64,000 bases of DNA from Eledone cirrhosa (GCA_964016885.1 OZ024744.1:7130001-7194000); one strand, 5' to 3'. Shown: positions 11,178 to 22,580, counted from the first letter of the stretch. Notes: generated by a model not told the origin, from the letters alone. A program made the numbers and translations.

Positions 11178-11504
11178 GTACGAGATCGCAAGTATGCCAG
11201 ACAGTATGATTTCCAGCTTCTACAGCCCACTATCTTTCACACACACACACACTCACACATATACACACTTACACATATACACACACAGTTACACACACAT
11301 ATATATTTACACACACATATTTTACGGCTTTCACACGCTAGCGCACCCTCTTGATTTAACCCATTTGGTCAGTAGCTTTTGCCACAGCCTATCACGCGCA
11401 CGCGCATTCTTTCCCTAATTTAAATTTTCTCCCCATAACGGCATTCCTGTTTTAACGACTTCACAACTTTCTCCGGCTTAGCCTGTTCCCCCCTTTTTGG
11501 AACT

Positions 11505-11541
11505 TTCCCCCGTTGATGGGCGTGAGCCCGAAATATTGGGA
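11505..11541 (+). ncRNA. Hammerhead-like motif, variant core CCGTTGA
   Basis: tTCCC-CCGTTGA-tGGGC gtga GCCC-GAAAT-ATT-GGGA; loopless palindromic stem III (AATATT); lies in the pLTR where PLE HHRs are expected. Confidence 0.55.
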
Positions 11542-11694
11542 TTAAATCTCCACTACGGTAACCCTTCTACCTTTGTTTTGTTTTGTTTTCATCTTTGTCT
11601 CTCTCAATTTTCACTTTCTCCGATTTCTCCTATCTATCATTCACTTCCTACCTCGAGATTTCCCATCTGCATTGTTGTGGCTTTCTAAACTACG

Positions 11695-11743
<49 letters not shown>

Positions 11744-11762
11744 TATATACATATATATATAC

Positions 11763-11817
<55 letters not shown>

Positions 11818-12079
11818 CACACACACATATATATATATATATATACGCAAAAACACGATATATATATATATATGTATTTTAAATTTAAATTTAAAAATTT
11901 GACTTATTTTATTTTACATTACTCCAAACGAACCTGCGCACCTCGTCGAGTGCTCCAATCTGCATTCTAGGGTGTCGGTAAACAACCAACATATACTCAA
12001 AATCTATCTAGCTCCTCCACGTGCTAAGTGCTTCAAATAGTAGCAGACTTAAGTCACTATGAAAAACTGGCAACCTTGG

Positions 12080-13075
12080 CGTCACTGAAGGATATCCCCT
12101 TACCTCGTAAACGAGAATACACCAGTGATCTCATCAGGAGTACGGACTCCCTTGTACGTATGATGAGATGAAAGGCGTTCCACTTTGAAAGAGGAACGCC
12201 TAAAATTACCAACACACAAAACATGGAGTACCTTTTCAGATCAAGGAGGAACCCTTCCCACAACAGACTAATGGAGTAGTATGAAAACGAGATGATTAAC
12301 ATTATCTCCAACCTCAAATTCTCCGGAAACATACCCAGAAGTCAGGAGTACCTCAGACACCTGTGAAACGGGATAACAATACTTAAAGAGACAACTAGAA
12401 TACTTGTCCATGCCGGTAAAACCAACAACCTCTACAACATGGACTCTGAACTGTATAATAAGATAATTCTCAGGGAACTGAGGAAGTGCTACAAAAAAAC
12501 ACCTGGATTTACCCTGGATGAGATCAATGCCACAGCTTACAGGATTATATCTGGACTCGACATAGAGGACAGGACGGCTCCATACCAACCAAGGGAGCGG
12601 CGGATTACCCTTAAAGATCACAAACCAAACTATGAGTCCGACCTCCCTGTTAGACTAATAGCCCCCTCCAGATCAGACCTAGGGATCGTCAGAAAAAAGC
12701 ATACTAGATAAGGTTTTACCCAAGCTTCGGAAAACATCTAGATTACAGGAATGGTCCTGCACGGGAGAGGTAATAGAATGGTTTAAGATACTACATGAGA
12801 AAAGTAGGACCAGCTTTATCCAACTGGATATCGCAGGCTACTACTCCTCAATCTCACCCATAGTACTCAATAAGGCCCTATTTTTAGCGATGTCCAATAC
12901 GAACCTAACCCGAGAATAGGTGAGCATCATCCACGCCGCAAGAAATACCTTGATCCGATGGAGACCTTTGGACCAGGAGTGATTTGCCAAATTACTTTGA
13001 CATCAAGATGGGCTACAGCGACTCCGCACAGGTAACGGACTTGGTTGGGCTCTTCCTGCTGAAGCAGATAAAAGA
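12080..13075 (+). pseudogene. Degenerate PLE reverse transcriptase, N-terminal half (possibly Hydra-clade)
   Basis: Manual translation across stops/frameshifts: SLKDIPLP..RMMR*KAFHF, AGKTNNLY, ITLKDHKPNY..PVRLIAP, WFKILHEK..FIQLDIAGYYSSIS..LNKAL, FDIKMGYSDSAQVTDLVGLFLL. Clade assignment is inference. Confidence 0.8.
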
Positions 13076-13102
13076 TGAAATCCTCTGCCTGGGCGGCTGA
13101 TT

Positions 13103-13139
13103 ATGCTGACGATAGCTAATAAGCTTGAAACCAGTACAT
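13103..13139 (+). ncRNA. Minimal hammerhead, canonical core
   Basis: ATG-CTGACGA-tAGCT aata AGCTt-GAAAC-ca-GTA-CAT; immediately 3' of the PLE RT relic; AATAAA at ~13182. Confidence 0.75.
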
Positions 13140-13290
13140 CGTTAATTCGGGCTGTTTGTTTACAAACAAACCGAGCATTATAATAAATGTTCGGTAAACC
13201 CATACGTACATATATATATGTTGTCATGTATGTATATATACATACTACTGTACGTCTGTATACATATATGTATGTACGTGTAGATATTTA

Positions 13291-13468
<178 letters not shown>

Positions 13469-13474
13469 GAACAG

Positions 13475-13549
13475 ACAGATTAAATTAAAGCAAAGAATCG
13501 CTTCTTTCCCCATTAACAGGATCTTCTGAAACTAAAAAATATCAATCTG
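13475..13549 (-). ncRNA. CAGA-family hammerhead-like copy (diverged)
   Basis: Minus: agttt-CAGAAGA-tcctgttaatggg-GAAA-gaagcgattctttgc-tt; abuts (TA)n. Confidence 0.55.
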
Positions 13550-13760
13550 TGAACGCAGAAGTAAATATAGGAATGGAGCATGCGCAAAGTATCTGGTGAA
13601 TACTAAGAGATATTTTCGTTTTCTTAATACGTATAACTCATTTAGTCGTCGTTTAGCAGGAATTGATTCGGGCTTGGCTTACAGAAAACAGAGACAAATG
13701 TTGCTCGTTCTAAAAACGTGGAGGAGGGCTAGGCAAGGAGGTTCATATCCACATCACGTC

Positions 13761-14725
13761 TCATCATTTGTTACACTCAACCTCTCCTCATCTGTTATAC
13801 TCAACCTCTTCTCATCTGTTACACTCAACCTCTTCTCATCTGTTATACTCAACCTCTCCTCATCTGTTACACTCAACCTCTTCTCATCTGTTACACTCAA
13901 CCTCTCCTCATTTGTTACACTCAACCTCTTCTCATCTGTTACAGTCAACCTCTCCTCATCTGTTACACTCAACCTCTCCTCAATTGTTACACTCAACCCC
14001 TTCTCATCTGTTACACTCAACCTCTCCTCATCTGTTACACTCAACCTCTCCTCATCTGTTACACTCAACCTCTTCTCATCTGTTACACTCAACCTCTCCT
14101 CATCTGTTACAGTCAACCTCTCCTCATCTGTTACACTCAACCTCTTCTCATATGTTACACTCAACCTCTCCTCATCTGTTACACTCAACCTCTTCTCATC
14201 TGTTACAGTCAACCTCTCCTCATCTGTTACACTCAACCTCTCCTCATCTGTTACACTCAACCTCTCCTCATCTGTTACACTCAACCTCTCCTCATCTGTT
14301 ACACTCAACCTCTTCTCATTTGTTACACTCAACCTCTCCTCATCTGTTATACTCAACCTCTCCTCATCTGTTACAGTCAACCTCTTCTCATCTGTTACAG
14401 TCAACCTCTCCTCATCTGTTACACTCAACCTCTCCTCATTTGTTACACTCAACCTCTCCTCATCTGTTATACTCAACCTCTCCTCATCTGTTACAGTCAA
14501 CCTCTTCTCATCTGTTACAGTCAACCTCTCCTCATCTGTTACACTCAACCTCTCCTCATCTGTTACACTCAACCTCTCCTCATCTGTTATACTCAACCTC
14601 TCTTCATCTGTTATACTCAACCTCTCCTCATCTGTTACAGTCAACCTCTTCTCATCTGTTACAGTCAACCTCTCCTCATCTGTTACACTCAACCTCTCCT
14701 CATCTGTTACACTCAACCTCTTCTT
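13761..14725. repeat. 24-bp minisatellite, ~40 copies
   Basis: Unit tcatctgttacactcaacctct(c/t)c. Confidence 0.97.
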
Positions 14726-15099
14726 ATCTAACATCTTACAAATACTGTAAACAGATAAAAACTAGAAACAAAATAAAGCAATGTAAAAACTATAAAAAAA
14801 AAACAATGGAAGGACTAATGTATTGTACGTCATACAGCCTGCAATATATGTTTTTTGTCTAAGGCTATTGCTAATTAATTAGAATGTTACGTGCCAATCA
14901 CTTGTAAATCAAGAACGGTCCTTATCGATTATCACCGATTAGATTTATGCCATTCCGGATAAGAACGGTTAATTATTTGAATAATGAATGTAAACTCATA
15001 AAAGAATCAAAACTGAGGCACAATAACGGGAAAGAAAGAGAAAAAGGGCAAAAACGGAGACCTGCGCTTTTGTTGTTGTTATTATTGTTAATATTGATA

Positions 15100-15315
15100 G
15101 GGCGGTGGATTGCCAGTATTGGTAGAGGATTGGACAACATGCCTTGCAGCATAGAGTTATGGCCCTTTATGTTCTGAGTTCAAATCCCGCCAAGGTTAAC
15201 TTTGTCTTTCATCCTTACGGGGTCGGCAAAATAAAGTACCAGTCACGCACTGGGGTCGATTTAATCGACTTCTCCCTCCCCCAAAATTGCTGGCCTTGCG
15301 CCTATATAAGAAACC
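15100..15315 (+). mobile_element. tRNA-derived SINE family B
   Basis: ggcggtggattgccagtattggtagag (A box) ... gagttcaaatccc (B box) ... cttacggggtcggcaaaataaagtaccag. Confidence 0.85.
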
Positions 15316-15356
15316 ATTATTGTTAATATTGATGTTGTAGTAGCTGATGCTGCTGT

Positions 15357-15390
<34 letters not shown>

Positions 15391-15429
15391 ATGGCTGCTG
15401 CTGTTGTTGTTATTACTACACCAACAATA

Positions 15430-15605
15430 ATTGTTTCTACTTTAGGCACAAGGCCATCAAATCACCCAGTGTATTACTGGTACTTTATTTTATCGACCTC
15501 GTAAGGATGAAAGGCACAGTTAACCTTGGCGGGATTTGAACTCAGAATGGCAAGGGCCGTAACTCTATAGTCAAAGCATGGCAATACTGCCAATCCACCG
15601 CCCTT
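15430..15605 (-). mobile_element. tRNA-derived SINE family B (inverted relative to the previous copy)
   Basis: Reverse complement of 15100-15315 motifs. Confidence 0.85.
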
Positions 15606-15619
15606 ACACCAATAATAAT

Positions 15620-15830
15620 ACTTTCTAATATGGAGACAAAACCAGCAATGAGGGTCGCGGTTGATAAAGTTGATTATATCGGTTTCAGGATTTAACTGGG
15701 ATTTTACTATATCAAATCAGGAAGGATAAAAAGCAAAGTTAACCTCAGGAGGATTAGAACTCAGAATGTAGAAAGCCATAATTACATACCGCAAATAATT
15801 TCTCAGATGCTCAACTGATTCTACCCATTT
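15620..15830 (-). mobile_element. Older SINE family B copy
   Basis: aaagcaaagttaacctc..ggattagaactcagaatgta. Confidence 0.6.
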
Positions 15831-16090
15831 ATTTTCCATACATACATGATGGCTGCTTCTCGACTTCATGAACTGCTACCACCTGATGCACATATGGGTG
15901 GAACGACATGACACTTTAGCCTTTCTAAGGATTTACATTCCTTTTTACATATGCTACATTCATGAACATCACTTCCACTTTGGTTCTTTAATTTGTTTTG
16001 GTGGGTTTTCCAATTTTCAAATGACGTTGTTTTCTAGACTTTCAACAGGAAGAAATGCCACACACATTTATTCGGACTTGGAATACAGAG

Positions 16091-16169
<79 letters not shown>

Positions 16170-16170
<1 letters not shown>

Positions 16171-16680
16171 TAGCTGAGGTACCCGGTAATACCCGGGAGC
16201 GGGAATATTCCCAGTTCCCAATAAAATGCCCAATGCCTCTCAGACCAAAATTGAAATCATAATATAGGACAGATAATCAAAAGCGAAGACAAATTCATTT
16301 ACGAAACAATAATACAAACAAATATTGTTGATTGCATTGGTCAGGCGAAAAAATGTTTGTCAGAGAAGTTGAAGGAGAAAATAGAACCCCATTAGGGTGT
16401 CTTAATATTATTAAAATTTGCTGAAATTTTGTGAATAGACATCATATCTTGTCATTTACCTAGGGTTTAAATTTCATATAAATCGAAGGGAAAACATTAA
16501 GCTGGGTTTTCAGCGGGGGTTTGAGCCCCCAGGGAACCCTTTGATTAAAATGAAATATACGTAAGAAACAAATGGGCATGAATCCCACACACGTGTCAAG
16601 TTTCATCAAGATCGGTTTGGTAGTTTTTGAGTTTTAGGTTCACAAACAAACAGACATAAATTGTCATTTATGTATATAGA
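16170..16680 (-). mobile_element. Complete non-autonomous Helitron (511 bp)
   Basis: Minus strand starts TC (TCTATATAC) and ends with hairpin cccggg-tatta-ccggg plus CTAG; inserted between host A and T with no TSD. Confidence 0.85.
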
Positions 16681-16742
16681 TACATGTATGTGTGTGTGTG
16701 CATATATATAAATATATATAAATATATATAAATATATATATA

Positions 16743-18050
16743 GTAATAATAATAAATTTGAAGACTAAAATCCAAAGAGGGCTCGATAAGGATAAATATA
16801 TATCAAATATATAAGTACCGTAGAGCAAATATTTATTAAAATAACAGATTAAAGTTTAAGCAAAGAATCTCTGCTTTCACCTTTAACGGGAACTTCTGAA
16901 ACTAACCAAGTCAATCTGTAAACGCAGAACTGGATACTTCAAAAAACGTTGCAACCGGGGGAAGAGAGGAAGACGATACTTTGGTTCGTGGAAACGTCCG
17001 CTGGCAAAGAACGGGAAAAAACGAATAATACGTCATTAATAGGAGCGGTGAAAAACAATTACGCGCAAAGACAGAACCACGTTTATGGTATAAAAGAGGT
17101 CGTAGACTAATGTTCTCTTAAGGTGGTGCATAGAGACGTTCTCTGGCAATGAACGAAAAAACGAAGATAATACCTCATATGTGGAGCGTGGAGAACAATA
17201 GCACGCAAAGACAAAACCACGTAAATGGTATAGCCGAAGTCGTAGACTAAAATTCTAACTAGGAGACCAAATGAATCTCCGCTACAGAGTTAATAACAAG
17301 TAAATAAATACAGAAGTAATAGAAAGAAATAAATACATACATGCAAACAATTACGTACATACACAAGCATACGCAAAACCTTACCATAGGTATACAAAAC
17401 CACGCACATGTAAATATGTGTGTGTGTGTATGCGTGTATACAAATAAATAAATAATTATATAAACGTATATAAATAAATAAATACGTATATAACAAACGC
17501 ACACACATACCTACATATAAATACACGAATGTTCGGAGACGTAAGTCAACTAAAACAAGAAGTACACGTATACACACACCCACCATAAGTACGAACCCGC
17601 ATGCTCACACAGACGCAAAACTCCCGTATACACATAGCCAACCCTATGTACCAGAATATATAAAATTATATGCCAAAACAATCAAATATACGTACGAGAA
17701 GGTATACGTACCTTCACAAAACAAACGGGTAAAGCATACTTACCTATGCAAATAAGTAAAGGAATAAACAAAACATATACTTAGCTCCCACATCAAGACG
17801 TAAAATATCCACGTATAGATCCTATTGTCCGTTAGGGTATAACGTGGGGCTGTAATACAGGAAAGTTTTGTGCAATTTATGTTTACAAGCCGAAATTGCC
17901 CCAGATTTTTTGTATAAGATGTGGTCTGTGGCCTAGAGTATTTCCAGGGCCTCAGCGGCACAGAGGTCACATGGTCTTTTATTTAGAAGATCCCGTTAAG
18001 GGTGAAAGCTGCGATTCTTTGCTTAAACTTTAATCTGTTATTTTAATAAA
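16743..18050 (-). mobile_element. 5'-truncated PLE (CAGA-HHR family) with short inverted terminus
   Basis: Minus ~17860-17980 reads KRPCDLCAAEALEIL*..ILYKKS/..ISACKHK (GIY-YIG C-terminal CxLC..E / CxH pattern). ~1 kb 3' UTR with HHR at 16844-16919; inverted HHR copy at 17984-18040 (+); (TA)n on both sides. Confidence 0.72.
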
Positions 18051-18191
18051 TGTATATATATATATATATATTGGTAAACGGAATAGAAAATGCTGACAAA
18101 TTGTTCACAGTTGAAAAATCGTTTAATTAGGAATAAAAGAGTATTAGTGATTGTATGGGTTAGTATTCAGTTGTGGTTTTAAGTTTTTAAG

Positions 18192-18230
18192 TTTTTACCG
18201 GTTGCGCATTTCTAAATGCTTTTCAAAAAT
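18192..18230 (-). ncRNA. Hammerhead-like motif TTGAAAA...GCAA
   Basis: Reverse complement of 19921-19958. Confidence 0.6.
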
Positions 18231-18550
18231 AATTTTGAGATAGAGTGTCCGTGCTGTTTGCTCTGATCTGATTAGTTTTGGGAATTCTACCTGTTTTTAT
18301 GTTAAAAAAATGGCTCCAGCGTTATTTTTGTGTTGCAAAAATGCTTGTGGTCAAAACAATTTTGATTGGTCGGTAGAGGTCATGTGAATGTAAAAAGTTG
18401 ATTTTGCGCCAAGACTGTTTTTATGTTAAAATGTTAGAAAAGTGGCTCCAGCAAAAATTATGGTCAAAACAATTTTGATTGGTCGGTAGAGGTCATGTGG
18501 ATAAAAAATTGGTTTTGCGCCAAGATTGAGAAATGACTCTTTCACAACAA

Positions 18551-18630
<80 letters not shown>

Positions 18631-18701
18631 TAGTAGTAGTAAGGTGTTCGATGCTGCGACAATAGCCACCAGCGATGTGTGTCAAATGGCTATTAAGATA
18701 A

Positions 18702-18735
<34 letters not shown>

Positions 18736-19041
18736 ACATACACACAGCAGAGTCATTCGAAGGTCAAAAGATATTTTTCAGCTTTTGTCTTATACGGAGA
18801 AGTGCGTGTGTGTGTGTGTGTGTGTATAAGTCTCTTTGTATGTTGATGTACGCGTGTGTATGTGTTTGTGTATATATGTGTGTGTGTGTGTGTGTGTGCG
18901 TGTGTGGGTGGACCAGTATTTTTTTCCCCCCTGGTAAAATGGTGTACATTATTCGATTTTTTCAGTAAAATCGGTTCTCTTAATAGAACATCAACAATCT
19001 TAACAATAAAAGGTGTGAAATGATATTCACTATATATATAT

Positions 19042-19077
<36 letters not shown>

Positions 19078-19080
19078 TTT

Positions 19081-19117
<37 letters not shown>

Positions 19118-19259
19118 TACATACATATATATGCACATATATTTGTTTGTATTGCACCATAGAGCATGTGTGTTTACGTGTGTCATTGTGTTTATATGTG
19201 GGTAGAGATGTGTGCTGATGTAGGTATGTATGTTGACGTGTGTATGTTGTGGGTTCGTC

Positions 19260-19724
19260 TTAGGGAGAAGTGTTTAGACGGGGTCCGTATTTGTTAATGA
19301 AGTAAGATTCCTTGCTGATGCGCTGGGTGTGGGTGGCATTATCTTTAAATTTGTAGAGGGGAAAGATTCTGAAGTTGGGATGATTTTGGGCGGCGCAGGT
19401 ATCAATGTGTTCACTCAGTGGTATTTTCCTGTATTCCCGTATTTTAATTTGGGATCTATGGACAGTCATGCGTTGGCGGAGGCTGTTTTTGGTCTGGCCT
19501 ATGTATTGTTCTCGACAACCTGAACAAGTTAATACATATATTAAATTTTCCGATGCACATGTGAAATTGTGTTTTACTATAAAACGTTGTCCATCTTTGA
19601 AATAGAATTCCGAACCCTCTATTAGGTTGATGCAAATGCCACAGTTGGGTCTATCGCATTTTTTTACTGTGGGTTTCGTTGTTGTGGTTGGCAGTACTTT
19701 GGCATGTGTTAAGATGTTTTTCAT
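19260..19724 (-). CDS. PLE GIY-YIG endonuclease domain with Zn-finger linker (5'-truncated; frame open to ~19745)
   Basis: KCDRPNCGIC, FTCASENLIYVLTCSGCREQYIGQT..LRQRMTVHRSQI, KESYFINKYGPRLN. Confidence 0.9.
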   Translation of the reverse strand: MKNILTHAKVLPTTTTKPTVKKCDRPNCGICINLIEGSEFYFKDGQRFIVKHNFTCASENLIYVLTCSGCREQYIGQTKNSLRQRMTVHRSQIKIREYRKIPLSEHIDTCAAQNHPNFRIFPLYKFKDNATHTQRISKESYFINKYGPRLNTSP

Positions 19725-19920
19725 TGACTTGGATTGTCTTTTGCAAAATCAACTTTTTACATTCACATGACCTCTACCGACCAATCAAAATTGTTTTGAC
19801 CACAAGCATTTTTGCAACACAAAAATAACGCTGGAGCCATTTTTTTAACATAAAAACAGGTAGAATTCCCAAAACTAATCAGATCAGAGCAAACAGCACG
19901 GACACTCTATCTCAAAATTA

Positions 19921-19958
19921 TTTTTGAAAAGCATTTAGAAATGCGCAACCGGTAAAAA
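19921..19958 (+). ncRNA. Hammerhead-like motif TTGAAAA...GCAA
   Basis: ttt-TTGAAAA-GCATT taga AATGC-GCAA-CCG-GTA-aaa; same architecture as 8918-8953 but with GCAA for GAAA. Confidence 0.6.
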
Positions 19959-20109
19959 CTTAAAAACTTTAAACCACAACTGAATACTAACCCATACAAT
20001 CACTAATACTCTTTTATTCCTAATTAAACCATTTTTCAACTGTGAACAATTTGTCAGCATTTTCTATTCCGTTTACCAATATATAATAACTTGTGTGTTA
20101 CACCTCTAT

Positions 20110-20180
<71 letters not shown>

Positions 20181-20254
20181 ACATTTATAAAACAGAGAGG
20201 CAGAAAAATAAAGGTTTATTAGGTTCACGCTTTTGAGAGTGGGGGGGGGGGGGC

Positions 20255-20286
20255 GACGTTTCGGGCATAAGCCCTTCTTCAGGGGT
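20255..20286 (-). ncRNA. Minimal hammerhead core of PLE type
   Basis: Minus: accc-CTGAAGA-aGGGC ttat GCCC-GAAAC-GTC; the stem I 3' strand is replaced by poly-C and does not pair. Confidence 0.6.
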
Positions 20287-20579
20287 AAATAGGTTAGGAA
20301 GAGAGTTCAGAGGGTGTGTGGAAATACATTTAGAAAAAAGGGGGAAGGAGAACAAATAAAAATAAAAATAAACGTAAAAATAAACATAAGAATAAACAAT
20401 AAGATGAACAAGAGGTGGAAGGGTGTGAGGCGTGTAAGGGTGGTGGCGGGTGGAGTTGGGAGAGGGAGGTGGGGGGTCGAAGCGGGGATGGCTGAAGGTG
20501 GTATTTGTGTATGTGTGTAGGTGTACGTGAGTGTGTTTGCGTGTGTATGTGAGAGTTTGAGGAAGAACGAGGTTCCATG

Positions 20580-20619
<40 letters not shown>

Positions 20620-20624
<5 letters not shown>

Positions 20625-20730
20625 TCTGTTATTTTAGTAAATATTTGCTCTACGGTTCTTATATATTTGATATATATTTATCCTTATCGGGCCCTCTTTG
20701 GATTTTAGTCTTCAAATTTATTATTATTAC
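20620..20730 (+). mobile_element. 3' extension of the CAGA-family PLE terminus
   Basis: Reverse complement of 16743-16852. Confidence 0.8.
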
Positions 20731-20759
20731 TCTCCCATATATATATATATATACCTCTT

Positions 20760-22190
20760 TTTGGAGGGTTTATATGGAAGTCGTTTTCCTTTAATTCTCT
20801 ATAAAAGAATTGCTTTGGTAGCCTGGCAAGATGACCACTTCATCTTAGTCTTTGTTTTAGCACGAGAGCTTCTATATTTTTACACTGAGACATTTCCAAA
20901 ATCTCACCACCACTGATATGGTCTCTCTAGTGAATGCCAAGGATCCTTTTCAGACACGCTGAAATGATCCAGCTGTTTAAGTGTAAAGAAGGCGCCTTTC
21001 CAGCTTTTCAAAAGCATCACTTGCTTCTGAATCCTGTGTTGAATTTCCCTATCTAGATTGCAGTATCAGTTGATAGCGCTTCCTAGAAAGACAAACTCTA
21101 AGCCTTTTGACATACACATGGATATTTGGTTCACTCTACTGGTTACCAGGGTCAGATTGGTACACGACAGGCGTTTTCTTGAGAATGACAGTTCTGAACA
21201 GAGCAAGCATCAGAAAATGTATTCATAAGATGTTGCATATCAGCCTCTGTGTGCACTATAAGATCGCAATCCTCTGCACACATAAAATATCTTATGAGAA
21301 AGGTAAAAACTGTTGCTTTTGCGGCAAAGTGCCTGATGTTAAATATGATGCCAGGGGTCTGATAACGGATGTAAACACTGCAGGTTTTCAATACCTAAGA
21401 GAAAACCATCACCAACTATATGGCAAATAAGGTCTGTGCTGGAATATACCCTTGCTGCACTCCATTATTTATTGAGATAGGCTCTGATATGTTACCTGCA
21501 ACATTAACCCAAGTTCTCATGAATGATCTAATTATAGCAAGGAACTTACAGGGGAGCCAAAGTTCTAGAGAACCTTCCATAACCCATCTCTGTAAAAAGT
21601 ATCAAAAGCTTTTGCCAGATCTATAAAATCCCGGTACAGGTACAAACTCTGTTAGATGCAAATCTCCTGAAGTTGTCTAGTTGTGAAGAGCATGTCAGAA
21701 GTGCAACAAGAAGAACACAATCCGCCATTTGTGTCAACAGACGGAATAAAAGAATCCTAGAGGAAACTTTACCTACAACATAAAGCAATTATATGCTCCG
21801 ATACTTGCCACAATCATCCTTATTAGTCTGTCCCTGGTACAGGACTATCATTACTGCTTCTCTCCAGTTTTCCTGTCCGAATTCACGAGCCCTTATCTTA
21901 CCAAACAGAGAGTGAAGATGTCGTACAACTCTGTCACAGCCATATTTTAAGAGATCTGCATATATACCATCCACACCTGGAGCCCTTTCACTGTCCAACT
22001 TTGAGACAGCTACTGCAACTTATAAAGTCCGTATTTTTGCGAAAGCTAGTTTTGCAGGTTTTTCAAAGATTAAACGGAGAAACCCCTCCTTGCCAGCAGA
22101 GGGCCTGTTCAAAAATTTATCAAACTGCTCTCGCCACCTTCGCAACATCACCTGTGAGAGACAAAGAAGGTCCTTATCATCCTTGCTGTG
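20760..22190 (-). pseudogene. Degenerate RTE-clade LINE RT fragment
   Basis: ERAPGVDGIYADLLKYG..ENWREAVMIVLYQG..DCGKYRSI; AEDCDLIVHTEADMQHLMNTFSDAC; many frameshifts. Confidence 0.82.
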
Positions 22191-22399
22191 AAGCAGTGTC
22201 ACCAGAAAAGAAGACGCTTCATAAACTTCACATAAACTACACAGTAATACATCAGTTGATATTGTTTCGATAAAATATAGCCATGACTATGGGAAGATAA
22301 AAGCGTAAGAAAACCGGGAGGGTAAGCAACGAACTTATATGGAAATAGTAAAAACTCATTCCTACACAGCTGTTTCGAAATAATGTCAATTACCATTTG

Positions 22400-22580
22400 A
22401 ATTGGCAGTATCCGTAGAGCGTCAAATGCTTTGCTTTACAGCATAGAGTTATGGCCCTTTACGTTCTGAGTTCAAATCCCGCCGAGGTTAACTTTAACTT
22501 TCATCCTTACCGGGTCGATAAAATAAAGTACCAGTAATACACTGGGATAATTACTGGCCTTGTGCCAAAAGTAGAAACAA
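22400..22580 (+). mobile_element. tRNA-derived SINE family B
   Basis: ttggcagtatccgtagagc..gagttcaaatcccgccgaggttaac..gggtcgataaaataaagtaccag. Confidence 0.85.

Larger units (their letters stand above)
9400..11697 (-). mobile_element. 5'-truncated Penelope-like retroelement with inverted pseudo-LTR
   Basis: RT/GIY-YIG ORF on minus strand. ~11207-11697 is the reverse complement of ~9400-9885 (near-identical); inserted in (TA)n. Confidence 0.92.
18070..20085 (-). mobile_element. 5'-truncated Neptune-like PLE with inverted pseudo-LTR
   Basis: ~19745-20085 is the reverse complement of ~18070-18405; GIY-YIG ORF lies between; (TA)n flanks. Confidence 0.9.

Noticed and set aside
12160-12370. In-frame TGA codons in the PLE RT as selenocysteine (as reported for some Naiad PLEs)
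   Set aside because: One TGA replaces an expected Trp (R-W-K-A), TAG stops and frameshifts also occur, and no SECIS was recognised; ordinary decay explains it.
13596-14862. Long ORFs of 326-384 aa
   Set aside because: Entirely explained by a 24-bp tandem repeat open in several frames; no non-repetitive domain.
15100-15200. tRNA gene
   Set aside because: A and B boxes are present but there is no cloverleaf, and the sequence continues into a SINE body repeated many times in the window.
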